Source: a virus (lineage: Duplodnaviria; Caudoviricetes). From it: a stretch of 59,018 bases of DNA. The position numbers were made by a program, and so were the translations under genes. Position 1 is the first letter of the stretch; each line of letters opens with the position of its first letter. The notes beneath the pieces were generated by a model, which was not told the origin of the DNA, did no database searches, and saw only the letters and a program-made list of their open reading frames with translations. This document shows, piece by piece, positions 1 to 9,877 of the stretch. Where the stretch lies: positions 1 to 59,018 of the IMG/VR virus record IMGVR_UViG_3300027858_000006, one strand, 5' to 3'.

Positions 1-719
1 TAATATTGTGTTTTCCCAAACAGATTGATTCGCTTCACCAGGGTCTCACGTAATACTCCGTCTACTAACACCGATGCACCGCCAGGATGGAATGATAAAA
101 ACATTTGGTGGTCACCCGTATCAATTTTTAATGCGTCTGGTACCTCTTTTATTTGGTTCTGCTGCACATCAATTTTATAAAATCGTTTGAAATATCGTAT
201 AATATTTTTATTTCGCGTATATTCAGCAGAATCATGAGAAAATACAAAAATCTCGGGCACATATTGTAAAAACTCTTCATAGTTGCATTCAGCAATTAAC
301 ATGAACAGATTGAATCTAGGGTCCGATTCATACCTAGATATTTCACGATATAGGCGCTCTCTTCGTTCTTTATTCATTAATGTGCCATACAAATCCTCAC
401 GTGTCTTGCGCTCAACACAAAGGCCTACAAACATATCATAATCGTCAAGATATGCCACATAGTCCCCCGTTTGTCTATACTTCGTGTCCTTTTTCTGTTG
501 CATGGGGATGCAACGCAGCTTTATCTCAGATTCCAGCCATGGGGTGGTTTCATTGTTTGCGACCTGTACAGAAATGTTTAATAGATTTGACCACTTGGTC
601 AATTGCCGGGAAAGCCGGGCATTTGTTTTGTCATAATCTGGGTGACAGTCTATCAGCCCGTTCAGTTCATCGTGTGTCTGTAGTATGTCATCCGCATAAT
701 CTTTAATTCCTTTTGTCAC
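1..719 (-). CDS. ERCC4/XPF-family structure-specific nuclease, N-terminal part (runs off window start)
   Basis: Not in ORF track; manual translation from GTG at 719 (SD GAGGTG) gives ...TGDYVAYLDDYDMFVGLCVERKTREDLYGTLMNKERRERLYREISRY..., the GDY-xn-ERK-x3-D ERCC4 motif; frame open to position 1. Confidence 0.75.
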   Translation of the reverse strand, partial: MTKGIKDYADDILQTHDELNGLIDCHPDYDKTNARLSRQLTKWSNLLNISVQVANNETTPWLESEIKLRCIPMQQKKDTKYRQTGDYVAYLDDYDMFVGLCVERKTREDLYGTLMNKERRERLYREISRYESDPRFNLFMLIAECNYEEFLQYVPEIFVFSHDSAEYTRNKNIIRYFKRFYKIDVQQNQIKEVPDALKIDTGDHQMFLSFHPGGASVLVDGVLRETLVKRINLFGKTQY

Positions 720-1563
720 TATCAACACCTCAAAACTACATATTTAACTGGATTTTCAGGGTCATAGTTATCTATTGTTTCTTCTGCATAGCAGACATTG
801 CCTGCTATTTCGTCAATTTTATTATCCTGCATCGCAACACCGACCGGAAGGTGTTGTGGCATCGTTTTTAATTCAGATATCAATTCTTTTACAGTTACCA
901 TTATATCGCCTCAGTGCTGCGGTGTGCTGCAATCAGTTCCTAGATCGGTATGGTCTACCAACTCAAGTAAAAATCTTGATACATGTGTTTCAACAATTGA
1001 ATATGGTATGAATACCCTTTTACCAGTATCAAGATTTTTCAGTTCATATCCTTTTTTAGAAATCATCATCATCCCTCCTAAATTCAATAAAATAACTTGC
1101 GACTATGCATTCATGACAATTCCCATGTTCACATATCTTACCAGAAATCTCACATCTGAATACTGTTTCAGCAAAACACAAAAAGGGTATTTGTATCATT
1201 ATGTTTCCTCCAGCTTTTCAATAATTTCTTTAAGCTGTTGCTTGCGTCCAGCCAGCTCTCCGCGTTGGAATTCAGTTAAAATAATGAATTCAGGTATTTT
1301 GGATTGAATATCTGTAATGTTGTTAGCTATTCGTTTTAGATCGGTTATCATGTCAACCATGTGTTCACCACCAGTTCATTGTTGTTTAGGTTCAGGTAAC
1401 CCTTTGTCTATGTCCTTAGACAATTCTATAATTTCCTGTCTGTGCATTTCGTCTATATTTCTGGAAATCAGTTCATCTAATCCTATACAAATATGTTCTA
1501 TGTTTTTAAACGTTAGACCTGAAATTGTATATGTTATACTCTCTTCACATTTTACCATTGTTG

Positions 1564-1947
1564 TCACCACCGTATTATTATACATTCTACTGGTTCTTTT
1601 GGCACACCATTCAATCTGAACAATACATCCCGCAGTGCCTCTCCTGTGGCTGGGCTGATGTGGTCATATTCTGCCAATCTCGCTGGATACCAGGATGTCC
1701 ACGTATGTAATATCCCTTCAATGAACATTCCATCATTTGTGATCTCGGTCGGGATCACATCAGATACAGTAACTTCTTTTCGCCATGACCATTTAGAGCG
1801 ATATGGAAGTCCCACCCACCCGTGAAATGTAATTACATCTCCTGGATTGATTGGCCTGATCGTTCTTATTGTCTGTCGGCACTTACCGTTCTGTACTGCT
1901 GTGATCTTAGGCTCATATGTTATAGCCATCACATGTCGTCTGGCCAT
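1564..1947 (-). CDS. ASCH/PUA-like domain protein
   Basis: GKCRQTIR...PGDVITFHGW pattern resembles the ASCH family; start moved to ATG 1947 after SD GAGGTGGTGG. Confidence 0.5.
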   Translation of the reverse strand: MARRHVMAITYEPKITAVQNGKCRQTIRTIRPINPGDVITFHGWVGLPYRSKWSWRKEVTVSDVIPTEITNDGMFIEGILHTWTSWYPARLAEYDHISPATGEALRDVLFRLNGVPKEPVECIIIRW

Positions 1948-2064
1948 GGTGTACCACCACCTCATTGTTTCGTCTGAATTCCAGGCAGGATAAAGGATCG
2001 TCCTGCTTGCTACATTCCTCACACGCCCACGTTACTCCGTGTGCGCTGCATCCTATGATCATGT

Positions 2065-2403
2065 TTATTCCCCCATGTTTACCATTTCCAGGAATGCCCG
2101 ATTATATGCTATCCATAGCCCTGTCCGTGGATTCAATTTATCTGTATATGATTTTGTGGCCAGCCCCTGAAAGTGTCGCACAACCGGGCGGTTCTTTCTA
2201 TGTATGACTAGCACAATTTCAACTATTGTATATTTCTCAATAGTTGTAACGTTTGAGATTATAACAATAGACAACATATCAGGTACATTAGCTCCATATA
2301 GCTTCCTACACGTGTTGCACATGCCTGGCATTAGATTTTTATACCGCTTTTTGTGTGCATTGAATAATTTAGCATTCAGTGCTGGTGAAAGAGTGTGGCT
2401 CAT
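2065..2403 (-). CDS. hypothetical protein (one CxxC)
   Basis: 112-aa ORF overlapping the stop of the upstream ATPase gene in the same operon. Confidence 0.55.
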   Translation of the reverse strand: MSHTLSPALNAKLFNAHKKRYKNLMPGMCNTCRKLYGANVPDMLSIVIISNVTTIEKYTIVEIVLVIHRKNRPVVRHFQGLATKSYTDKLNPRTGLWIAYNRAFLEMVNMGE

Positions 2404-3662
2404 GTAACCACCCTCCCGTCTTCGATATGAATTGCCACGTTGTCCATATCATTTATTACTTCCATCCACAGTTGATATTCATGTTCCTCTGCAAGGTCCT
2501 TCATTTCCTGCATACTGGAATCATCAAGCAGACTGGCATCTTTCAACCACAATACTTTCAGGTCTGGGTTTAATGCCATACCGATTCTTGCTGATATCTT
2601 GCGTTTTTCACCGTCCGATCGCTGGGAAAGTGGGATGCCCTCGAAAGTCACTCCGTTTTCATCAAAGCCAAGTCCAGGCACAGGCATATTCGCCCCCTGG
2701 ATGGTCTTGTCTTTTAATTCATCAATGGCAGTCATATCTACAGTCAGCGCCAGGCTATTTGCCTTGGTTTCGTTGATCTGTGCTAGCAATCTCCTTCGCT
2801 CTTGCTTTTCCCTGACATGCTGGTTAATTATCTCAGCATCCTCTATCTGACATTTGAACTGTTCCAGGTCTGGGTCTATAAGTGAATCGACGGTTGTTTG
2901 TAGAACATCAACATCGTTGTGTATTTGTGCTACAGTCTCTTGCTGATTACCTATTGCCTCTTGCAAGCGTTTGATCTCATCTTCCATTGATGCCAGTGTT
3001 GCATTTGCTGTTTTTTCCGATTCAATGAGATAAGATAAATCGATTCTTTTGTTCTCATTCGCTGCGATCTGCTCTGATGCCGCTTTCATTTTATCTGTTA
3101 TGTCAGCAGTACTTATCTCGTCGTCAGGAACCCCGAGCCGGTCCTGTATCCCCTCCATCTGTCCGGTAAGCTGCTTGATATCCCGATTTACCAGGGTACG
3201 CGTATCATACAGTTCCTTTCGCTCTTTATCAAGCTCATCGATGTCAATCGGAAGATTGATTAAACTTAACAGCACCTCTTTCTGCTGTTTATCTGACAAA
3301 CTCGCATACTGCATTGGGTCAAATGATATTATCCCCATAAGCCCATCCAATAGTTTTTGGGGACTTTTGTACACCATTCCCCTGTTGTTTTCAACGACAA
3401 GAGAAGATTTTTCATTTGTGAATTTCCTGGTAACGATTATGTCACCAAGATCAATAACAATCTTCCCAGAATCTGCGCCCTGCCGCACAGGCAAATGGAT
3501 GGCGTTTAGTGCCTTGCCGCTCATCCCAACCACAAAAGAATCAATTACTGTGCTCTTGCCTGCGCCGTTTGGGCCTGATAGGATAATTGTGTTACCCTCT
3601 GGTGTGATCTCTGCCGCTTCAATCTTCATGAAGTTTGATACGTTGAGTGATACTATGTTCAT
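2400..3662 (-). CDS. SMC/Rad50(SbcC)-like ABC ATPase
   Basis: Walker A GPNGAGKS, long coiled coil, signature-like RSDGE, degenerate Walker B/D-loop LWLKDASLLD. Confidence 0.85.
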   Translation of the reverse strand: MNIVSLNVSNFMKIEAAEITPEGNTIILSGPNGAGKSTVIDSFVVGMSGKALNAIHLPVRQGADSGKIVIDLGDIIVTRKFTNEKSSLVVENNRGMVYKSPQKLLDGLMGIISFDPMQYASLSDKQQKEVLLSLINLPIDIDELDKERKELYDTRTLVNRDIKQLTGQMEGIQDRLGVPDDEISTADITDKMKAASEQIAANENKRIDLSYLIESEKTANATLASMEDEIKRLQEAIGNQQETVAQIHNDVDVLQTTVDSLIDPDLEQFKCQIEDAEIINQHVREKQERRRLLAQINETKANSLALTVDMTAIDELKDKTIQGANMPVPGLGFDENGVTFEGIPLSQRSDGEKRKISARIGMALNPDLKVLWLKDASLLDDSSMQEMKDLAEEHEYQLWMEVINDMDNVAIHIEDGRVVT

Positions 3663-4420
3663 ATATTCATCTCCTCCGCAGATACTTCTCCAGCAGCCAC
3701 CATGTCAGATATTGCTCGGTTCTTAGCCCGTGTGTGTGCTGTTGCATATGTATCATGCTCTAAATGAGCAAAATTGCGCTCAGAGGTCGAACACATCCCA
3801 ACACCCTCTGTGGACCTACCATTTGGAGCATGGCATACTACTTTTATCTTCCAGGTCCACCCGTTTCCTTCTGAGTGTTGTGTTTGTACTTCTTCAACAA
3901 TCTTATCATTTAGATTGAAGAATGTTGCAAATTTACGCCATGCGGACTTTTTCTTGAAATCTTTATTCCCTATTTTTTGGAAATCTGATGGTTGTAATAT
4001 TGCTTTTTGGAGTTCCTGAAATTCATTCCATGCGGCTATTGCATTAGACGCAGACACCGCCGGCCTTACAATATCTGTTGTTGTAAGGACAGGTATAATA
4101 TCAGTAGTTGATGTTTGCTCTTCTTCTGGTTGCTCTGCCTCCTTTTGATAGTGCATGTCAGGTTCCTGCTGCCCAGGCATGGCCCCGGTCTTGGCATCTG
4201 CAATTATCTCTTTAACTGACATGATGGCCGGGTCTTCTGGGTCATCCACTCGCCCTGAGCCATCTTTGAAATATACTGATGTGCCATCGACAACTAGTTT
4301 CATATCTCCATGTGATTTGAAATATACCCCATCCGTTGGAGTAGATTCAAAACCGGATAGCTCGAGTGCATCTCTTACCCATTCATTCTGCTGCCCTGCT
4401 GTTGGTTCTTGATTATCCAT
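3659..4420 (-). CDS. putative single-strand annealing protein (Rad52/Sak-like)
   Basis: C-terminal GRSTEGVGMCS...ATAHTRAKNRAISD..GEVSAEEM pattern typical of phage SSAPs; adjacent to SMC-like ATPase. Confidence 0.55.
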   Translation of the reverse strand: MDNQEPTAGQQNEWVRDALELSGFESTPTDGVYFKSHGDMKLVVDGTSVYFKDGSGRVDDPEDPAIMSVKEIIADAKTGAMPGQQEPDMHYQKEAEQPEEEQTSTTDIIPVLTTTDIVRPAVSASNAIAAWNEFQELQKAILQPSDFQKIGNKDFKKKSAWRKFATFFNLNDKIVEEVQTQHSEGNGWTWKIKVVCHAPNGRSTEGVGMCSTSERNFAHLEHDTYATAHTRAKNRAISDMVAAGEVSAEEMNI

Positions 4421-4702
4421 TTATACCACCATCTCTCTTCTAAAATCTTTTGTGGTTTTAAAAACAACTTGTCCCTTACCAGATAGCAAAAGGCCGATCA
4501 TCAACGCCGCACAGTTCGGCATTGATCCAGATACCACAAATATTATCTCTTCGTCTAGTGATTCAATTGGGACTTTTGACAACACCCACTCTCTGAATTT
4601 TGTCATTGATTCTATATGCAGGGACTTATTCCCCTGATACTCTCTAATCTCTCCGACAGACGGAGGGATATTGTTTGTGTTTATACTTATTTCTAATGTC
4701 AT
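4421..4702 (-). CDS. small alpha/beta hypothetical protein
   Basis: 93-aa ORF abutting the SSAP gene. Confidence 0.55.
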   Translation of the reverse strand: MTLEISINTNNIPPSVGEIREYQGNKSLHIESMTKFREWVLSKVPIESLDEEIIFVVSGSMPNCAALMIGLLLSGKGQVVFKTTKDFRREMVV

Positions 4703-4727
4703 AATTTCATTTCCTTATATTATATGT

Positions 4728-4822
4728 TCGATGGCGCCGGATTTGAACCGGCTTCCCTTCACTCACTATCCTCAGCAGCAGATATCTACTGACTGAGTTG
4801 AAATATCAGTTATGTGCCATCG
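4728..4822 (-). ncRNA. tRNA-like element (acceptor stem + T arm, non-canonical D/anticodon region)
   Basis: Minus strand: CGAUGGC...GCCGG-UUCAAAU-CCGGC-GCCAUCG-A, a perfect 7-bp acceptor stem and 5-bp T stem with canonical T loop; no 7-nt anticodon loop found. Confidence 0.6.
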
Positions 4823-5060
4823 ATTGTGTGGGTGGTCTGCTGGCACCACCCAAGCCATCATTGCGGAATGATGTGGTTTCTGCATTACGTCAAATCATTT
4901 GTTACCTCCTTGTTGTTTCGATTATTGCCGATCTGCTGGGGCTGGAGAATCACAGTGTATAAACTGAGCCATTATTTTCATTAGTTTTTGATACAGTATA
5001 TTCTAGTTCCAAATTATCACCACCGTTATTTATATCTACTTTGATTATGTGGAGGGGATC

Positions 5061-5093
5061 GCACCACCCCGGATTTGAACACGGGTGTGGTAC
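5061..5093 (-). ncRNA. tRNA minihelix-like hairpin capped by a T-loop
   Basis: Minus strand GUACCAC-A-CCCG-UG-UUCAAAU-C-CGGG-GUGGUGC. Confidence 0.45.
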
Positions 5094-5142
5094 ATAGTGA
5101 GTGCTGGTATGCGGAAGAGAGAGACACATACCAGCAGATTGA

Positions 5143-5930
5143 TTATAACTCTAGGTCTGGTAAACCACTTACGATTCCCAGTACATAGTTTCGTTTCTCT
5201 TCAGATAGATTGAGTTCATCAGTGAGTGGCAGGCAGTCTGCTTTTGAGAGTCCCAACCCGACCGCAACATCACCGATCATAATGACGTATCCCCATGCGT
5301 TTCTTTTGTGGATTGTTGCCATTTCAATTGTCATGTCACCCTCCTAGACTTTCTTATAGTCCATGTTGGTTTTCGTTCATTTGCGGCACTTGTACGTTCC
5401 CACCGCCTGTTTTTAACACCCTCGGTTCCAAGTGGCATCATACCACCCAGTTGAATCTGTTTAAATCCCAATCGCTGTTGTCATCAACACAACAGCTATT
5501 ATCACACACTGGAGTATCACAATAATAATGGTCCTGTATTGGCACCCCATATGGCCGTGATTCAAACATGGCAAATTCACCACATTTTGTGCATATACAA
5601 TGCACTGATTTTACACAGTAGTTTATTTTCTGTTTATGAAGGTACTCCTCCATCTCTGCCATAACCACATCAGAAAGACGTGGGTTTAACTTGAATATGT
5701 TGTTGTTGTTTGTCATTTCATACCACCCATTGATGGATATAAGGATCATGTTTTTGTGGTTTCTTGCTTTCTAAACATTTCAACATTTTCATTAGTTTTT
5801 GATCAGATATTATATCTCCGTCTGAATACAGATTCCCCTTGCAGGAAAACTGATTCACCAAAATATCATTGTTATTTATAGATAAAATGATGTTTTTGTT
5901 TTTTCTCAATTGTTTGGTTCTGATTATCAT
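5143..5930 (-). CDS. cluster of small hypothetical early genes (5143-5334, 5438-~5749, 5718-5930)
   Basis: Closely packed leftward ORFs; the 5438 ORF is Cys-rich. Confidence 0.45.
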
Positions 5931-6074
5931 TTCATATCATTCCTGGGCGTTGCGCATTATTTTTACTTATGCGCTTTCGCCCTATACTCTAATACAACTC
6001 AATACTATATATAGTTTATGCTTACACCCTATTACCTAAAGTATATAACAAATGAGTGTGTATATGTACCTATC

Positions 6075-6320
6075 ATGACGTTTGAAAAAAAATATGATGA
6101 TAAAGATGTAATTAAAGCGATTAAAGTTTACAGTGATACAGCCACTGTAGCACTCATAGCAAAAGAAATGGATTGTGCTAAACAAACCGTAACAAATCTA
6201 CTCAAAGAGATGATGGTCAATGGTTTGGTTAAACGGATAAACCGTGGATCACATAAAAAACCTCAGTGGCTATATCGCCGGACAGCGAAGGGGATTCAGA
6301 CAACAGAGGTGATGGAATGA
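6075..6320 (+). CDS. winged-helix transcription regulator
   Basis: ATVALIAKEMDCAKQTVTNLLKEMMVNGLV HTH plus wing ending WLY; divergent from the leftward early operon. Confidence 0.75.
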   Translation: MTFEKKYDDKDVIKAIKVYSDTATVALIAKEMDCAKQTVTNLLKEMMVNGLVKRINRGSHKKPQWLYRRTAKGIQTTEVME

Positions 6321-6646
6321 GCGGAAGCAGGGAATATGCAATCGAGGATGCTGTGGATTTCAGGCACATGGTCAAAAACGGTATTGAGGCACAGGTAAAC
6401 TACCAGAACACTGTAATCAAGGCTGATACAGTGGGAAGTGTTGCTATGTTTTTAGGGATCAATATCAAAAAACACGTTATCCTGGTTGCCCAGGACAAGC
6501 GTGATAAGTTCCATGAGTATCCATTATTGGAATTGGTACTCGAAGGGCTTGACCTTGCGCCGCCAAGCAAGGTATACTATAAGTATAGGCGAGTGCTATT
6601 GGCTGATTTTGGTGATTTTGTGATCGGTATTGCTCCTGCGATTTAG
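6317..6646 (+). CDS. hypothetical protein
   Basis: ATGA overlap with the wHTH gene; SD GAGGTGA. Confidence 0.6.
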   Translation: MSGSREYAIEDAVDFRHMVKNGIEAQVNYQNTVIKADTVGSVAMFLGINIKKHVILVAQDKRDKFHEYPLLELVLEGLDLAPPSKVYYKYRRVLLADFGDFVIGIAPAI

Positions 6647-6853
6647 GTATATCCTATATATAACACAATCTATATATAGAATAACATCATAGTAGTAATT
6701 ACCCGAGAGGGTAGGAATGAAACAAAATATGATCAATGAAAAAAAAGCACACGAACTTCTTAGAATATATCAACGTTGCAAAAATAGAGAAGGGTTCGAG
6801 GGAGACCCGTATTGGGATGGTGCAATCCATGCAATATCGGAGGTTCTTGAAAA

Positions 6854-7204
6854 ATGACAACTGAACAAGGTGATTTACTCCGCTGCCTCCGGTGCGGGAA
6901 AGAATGGCATCAGGGGGGGCAGAATCCTCCTAAGAACTGCCGGTGGTGTATATCTCCACTCTGGAATTCTAAACCCAGTCGGCCGGCCACAGTGCAGCGT
7001 ATCCCAAAAACACTTGAAAATTCCAGCCCAGTGGATTTCTTCCAGGGTGTGCGGGTTTTGCACAAAAACGGCAGATATGGAACAGTGATCAGTCCTAAAA
7101 CCGGGATCGAATCGACTACGCTTGTTACCTTGATTATAGACAATCGAAGTATCATGACAAAAGTTCCGATTGAAAAACTTAAAATTGTCCAGGCGGTGGA
7201 TTGA
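6854..7204 (+). CDS. Zn-ribbon protein
   Basis: CLRCGKEW...PKNCRWCISPLWN; SD GGAGGT. Confidence 0.65.
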   Translation: MTTEQGDLLRCLRCGKEWHQGGQNPPKNCRWCISPLWNSKPSRPATVQRIPKTLENSSPVDFFQGVRVLHKNGRYGTVISPKTGIESTTLVTLIIDNRSIMTKVPIEKLKIVQAVD

Positions 7205-7323
7205 AATGATAAAAAGAAAACCGTGGCGTGGTTGCTGTGGCAACTGTAATAGGGCGCCATCATTGGCCGGACCAATTGGGAAAGATGGTTTATGTAGCTG
7301 GTGTCGTAGGAGGGGGTATACAA

Positions 7324-7873
7324 ATGACAGATAAATGCCCCAGATGTGGTAGACCTTTAGAGTATGAATCCCTGCCGGGTCCGATCCTAATACAAAAGGC
7401 GTGCCAGTGCGGCATGCCCGAGAAGATTATAACAGGAAAATCACAGATGAACAAGGCCCGGGTGGAAAGATGAAATGTAGATTTGAACTGTATTGCCACG
7501 CCTGCCATCACCAATGCCAGACCACAATGGTTATTGATTGTGATGGGGATGTTCCCGTCGATGCTCCGGATATATATAAAATGAATTGTATGCTAGGCGA
7601 CAGACCCGCCACCTGGGAATCTGATGATTTATGAACATTGAAGATTTAACCCCGGGCAATGTAGTGGAGTACCTTCACCCATACACCCGTATGGGCAAAA
7701 AGATGGGCGCAGACGACGCCAAGTTCGGAACAGGCAGGTTTGTTTCAATTGATAATAAAAATAGAATCCTGCTTGAAAACACCTTAGGAGATCAGTGGAA
7801 AATCTCTGAACACTGGATCAGGTGGGACCGAACAGAATATTATAAAGCATGTGATTTAAATGAAAAAATTTGA
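7324..7873 (+). CDS. three small coupled ORFs (7324-7473 and 7470-7634 Cys-rich; 7631-7873)
   Basis: ATGA-coupled ORFs with CxxC motifs. Confidence 0.5.
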
Positions 7874-8158
7874 GACAGAACAGTATGGGGGATATCTACA
7901 TATTTATGTAGACGGGTGGTCTATAAAAACAAAAGACAAAGACATTTGCAAGCGTGAATATAGTAAATGGCTTGATGAATGTAATGAAGATTAATTATTG
8001 AATAAAAGTGAGAGGTTGGGGCAGAGGAATGAACTGCCCCACTTGTTTGAAACAACTGTGGACGGGTAGTGACACCGTCCTGATTTTCAGGTTGGATGAA
8101 TCCAGTTGGATTACAATACCAAGTTGACACTGATCGGTTATATAGTTATTTATTCTAT

Positions 8159-8947
8159 TCAGTCTAACCCAGACGTAAGATGAATCCCTTTGTACCTCCG
8201 GAATTCATTATAATATTCCTCTGGCAGTATGTACATAAAATAAGGATAATTTGAAATAAACCCTAACTGCCTTCCTGTCAGTGCCACATCATATATCAAT
8301 ATCTCATAAATGTATCCTAGATATTGCTCTGGAACCCAAATATAATTAGGGTGCCCAATATAGTTTATCGCATTTGCCATTGACGTGGATACAGTATATG
8401 TTGTGCCACCTGCAACACCGTCTACATATCCTGAAATGGTGGTTCCGCTTCGCACCATTGCCACGCTGCTAATATCATTTGCTGCTGGACTGCAACCAAA
8501 ACTACCTTCTGTTGCTCCCCAATCAATCCCCAATTCACCCGAATTATTGTAATTATGTGAAAATATCGGACTACCATTATTTGAAATAATTGTTTTTGAT
8601 GTGGGTAGCCCACCAGCATCTGGTTTAATCACTGCAAAATATGTGAAATCACCAGTCACGATGTTGTGATTTAGTGTAGGTGTATCCACTCCTCCACCAT
8701 TGAAATATAATCCATCCTGTTTCCAGGTGGGATACGTTGAAGGCGAATCCACAAGATCACATGCAATCCTGTTGTTGCTCAAATCATGTGCTTTCAGCCC
8801 GGATCGCTCCCATAACGGCAATGCTAATACGGGCTGTGGCATCCCATACTTGCGACAGTTGAATGCCACTATCGAGCGCATGACACCAAGTGGCGCCTGC
8901 CATATGGGCTTGTTGTTAGGGTTCCAGGGCTGAGTAGGGATTATCAT
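8159..8947 (-). CDS. LamG/concanavalin-A-like lectin-fold virion protein (paralog of 15646-16476)
   Basis: DFTYFAVIKP...GYVDG...YLGYIYEILIYDVALT LamG-3 pattern; shares N- and C-terminal motifs with 15646-16476. Confidence 0.75.
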   Translation of the reverse strand: MIIPTQPWNPNNKPIWQAPLGVMRSIVAFNCRKYGMPQPVLALPLWERSGLKAHDLSNNRIACDLVDSPSTYPTWKQDGLYFNGGGVDTPTLNHNIVTGDFTYFAVIKPDAGGLPTSKTIISNNGSPIFSHNYNNSGELGIDWGATEGSFGCSPAANDISSVAMVRSGTTISGYVDGVAGGTTYTVSTSMANAINYIGHPNYIWVPEQYLGYIYEILIYDVALTGRQLGFISNYPYFMYILPEEYYNEFRRYKGIHLTSGLD

Positions 8948-9396
8948 GTAGTTACTGTATACGTTTTACACTTAAGTGTGTTTCCTGTTGCCGCCAGGGC
9001 CGCCCCTGTGCTGTTGACCACCACTGGAGTATATTTCACAGGATCAAGAAGGATGTGTGGTGATACCGCCAGGTGTGCTGCTGACGTTTCCGACACGCCC
9101 ATGGAGGCTACCAGATAATCAGATAATGGTAGGTCTGTTGTGCTCCCGTCCGTGCCGGTATCCGCATAGTTCGTGCCGTCGTAGCTCGGGACCAAATAGA
9201 CATCCACTGCTGGGTTGGTTTGAGATGACAGGTCTACAGACGCCAGGACTAATTCAAGTTCAACATATAAATATCGGTTCGTGCTGTTGTCTATTGCAGT
9301 CCCACCCACATTTACGGTTACATTAGCAAGTGAATTTAAGTCAGTATCCATGAGCGTCTGTTCATTGCCCGGGGCTGAGTATACCGAGTTAGTCAT
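8944..9396 (-). CDS. putative virion structural protein (beta-rich)
   Basis: Thr/Ala/Asp-rich, coupled to the LamG gene. Confidence 0.6.
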   Translation of the reverse strand: MTNSVYSAPGNEQTLMDTDLNSLANVTVNVGGTAIDNSTNRYLYVELELVLASVDLSSQTNPAVDVYLVPSYDGTNYADTGTDGSTTDLPLSDYLVASMGVSETSAAHLAVSPHILLDPVKYTPVVVNSTGAALAATGNTLKCKTYTVTT

Positions 9397-9761
9397 TAGT
9401 CTACATCACCTTCATAGCCATAGAATTCCAACTTAGCGGATAATTCAGTAGTTATTTTATCTCGCTCTGTTGCATATGCTGTTTCAACCTCTGATATGCG
9501 CTGTTGGTTTGTCAAATTAATACTGGAAAATTTGATAATAACTGCCTGCTCAACGATTGCACCAGATTTCATAGCTGCTATCTCAGGGCCCGGGATATTT
9601 ATCAAGTTGCTTTCGATTGCATCTGCACCGCCACTGTATGCTACAAGTGATTCCCTCCAGGTATTCCCGGCCGTGTTAGTTCCACCCGGAACGGGAATAT
9701 GGAATACAGCAGAAATTGTTTTATTGTCTGTTGCTACTTCTTGTATATGATAATCGCTCAT
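9396..9761 (-). CDS. hypothetical protein, probable fibre-module component
   Basis: Coupled ORF with SD AAGGAG. Confidence 0.6.
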   Translation of the reverse strand: MSDYHIQEVATDNKTISAVFHIPVPGGTNTAGNTWRESLVAYSGGADAIESNLINIPGPEIAAMKSGAIVEQAVIIKFSSINLTNQQRISEVETAYATERDKITTELSAKLEFYGYEGDVD

Positions 9762-9766
9762 GGTGG

Positions 9767-9877
9767 TTATCTCCTTCCTTTTGTTGACTGATTCCTACAA
9801 GTATCAGTTTGATTCCTGCCTCTCCCGCCAGACTTGCGGCCAGTCTGACTTCCGTCCTTTCGTCCGTGTGTTGTCAT
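9767..9877 (-). CDS. 36-aa basic Gly/Arg-rich peptide
   Basis: Manual translation MTTHGRKDGSQTGRKSGGRGRNQTDTCRNQSTKGRR; exactly fills the gap between neighbours. Confidence 0.5.
   Translation of the reverse strand: MTTHGRKDGSQTGRKSGGRGRNQTDTCRNQSTKGRR

Noticed and set aside
380-1307. Plus-strand ORFs listed at the window start
   Set aside because: 380-706 lies opposite the ERCC4 gene on the minus strand; the others lack start signals and run against the leftward operon
4728-4822. Canonical tRNA, tRNA-Pyl or tRNA-Sec gene
   Set aside because: No U8/A14/GG D-loop pattern, no 7-nt anticodon loop and no clear bulge-helix-bulge intron; kept only as tRNA-like
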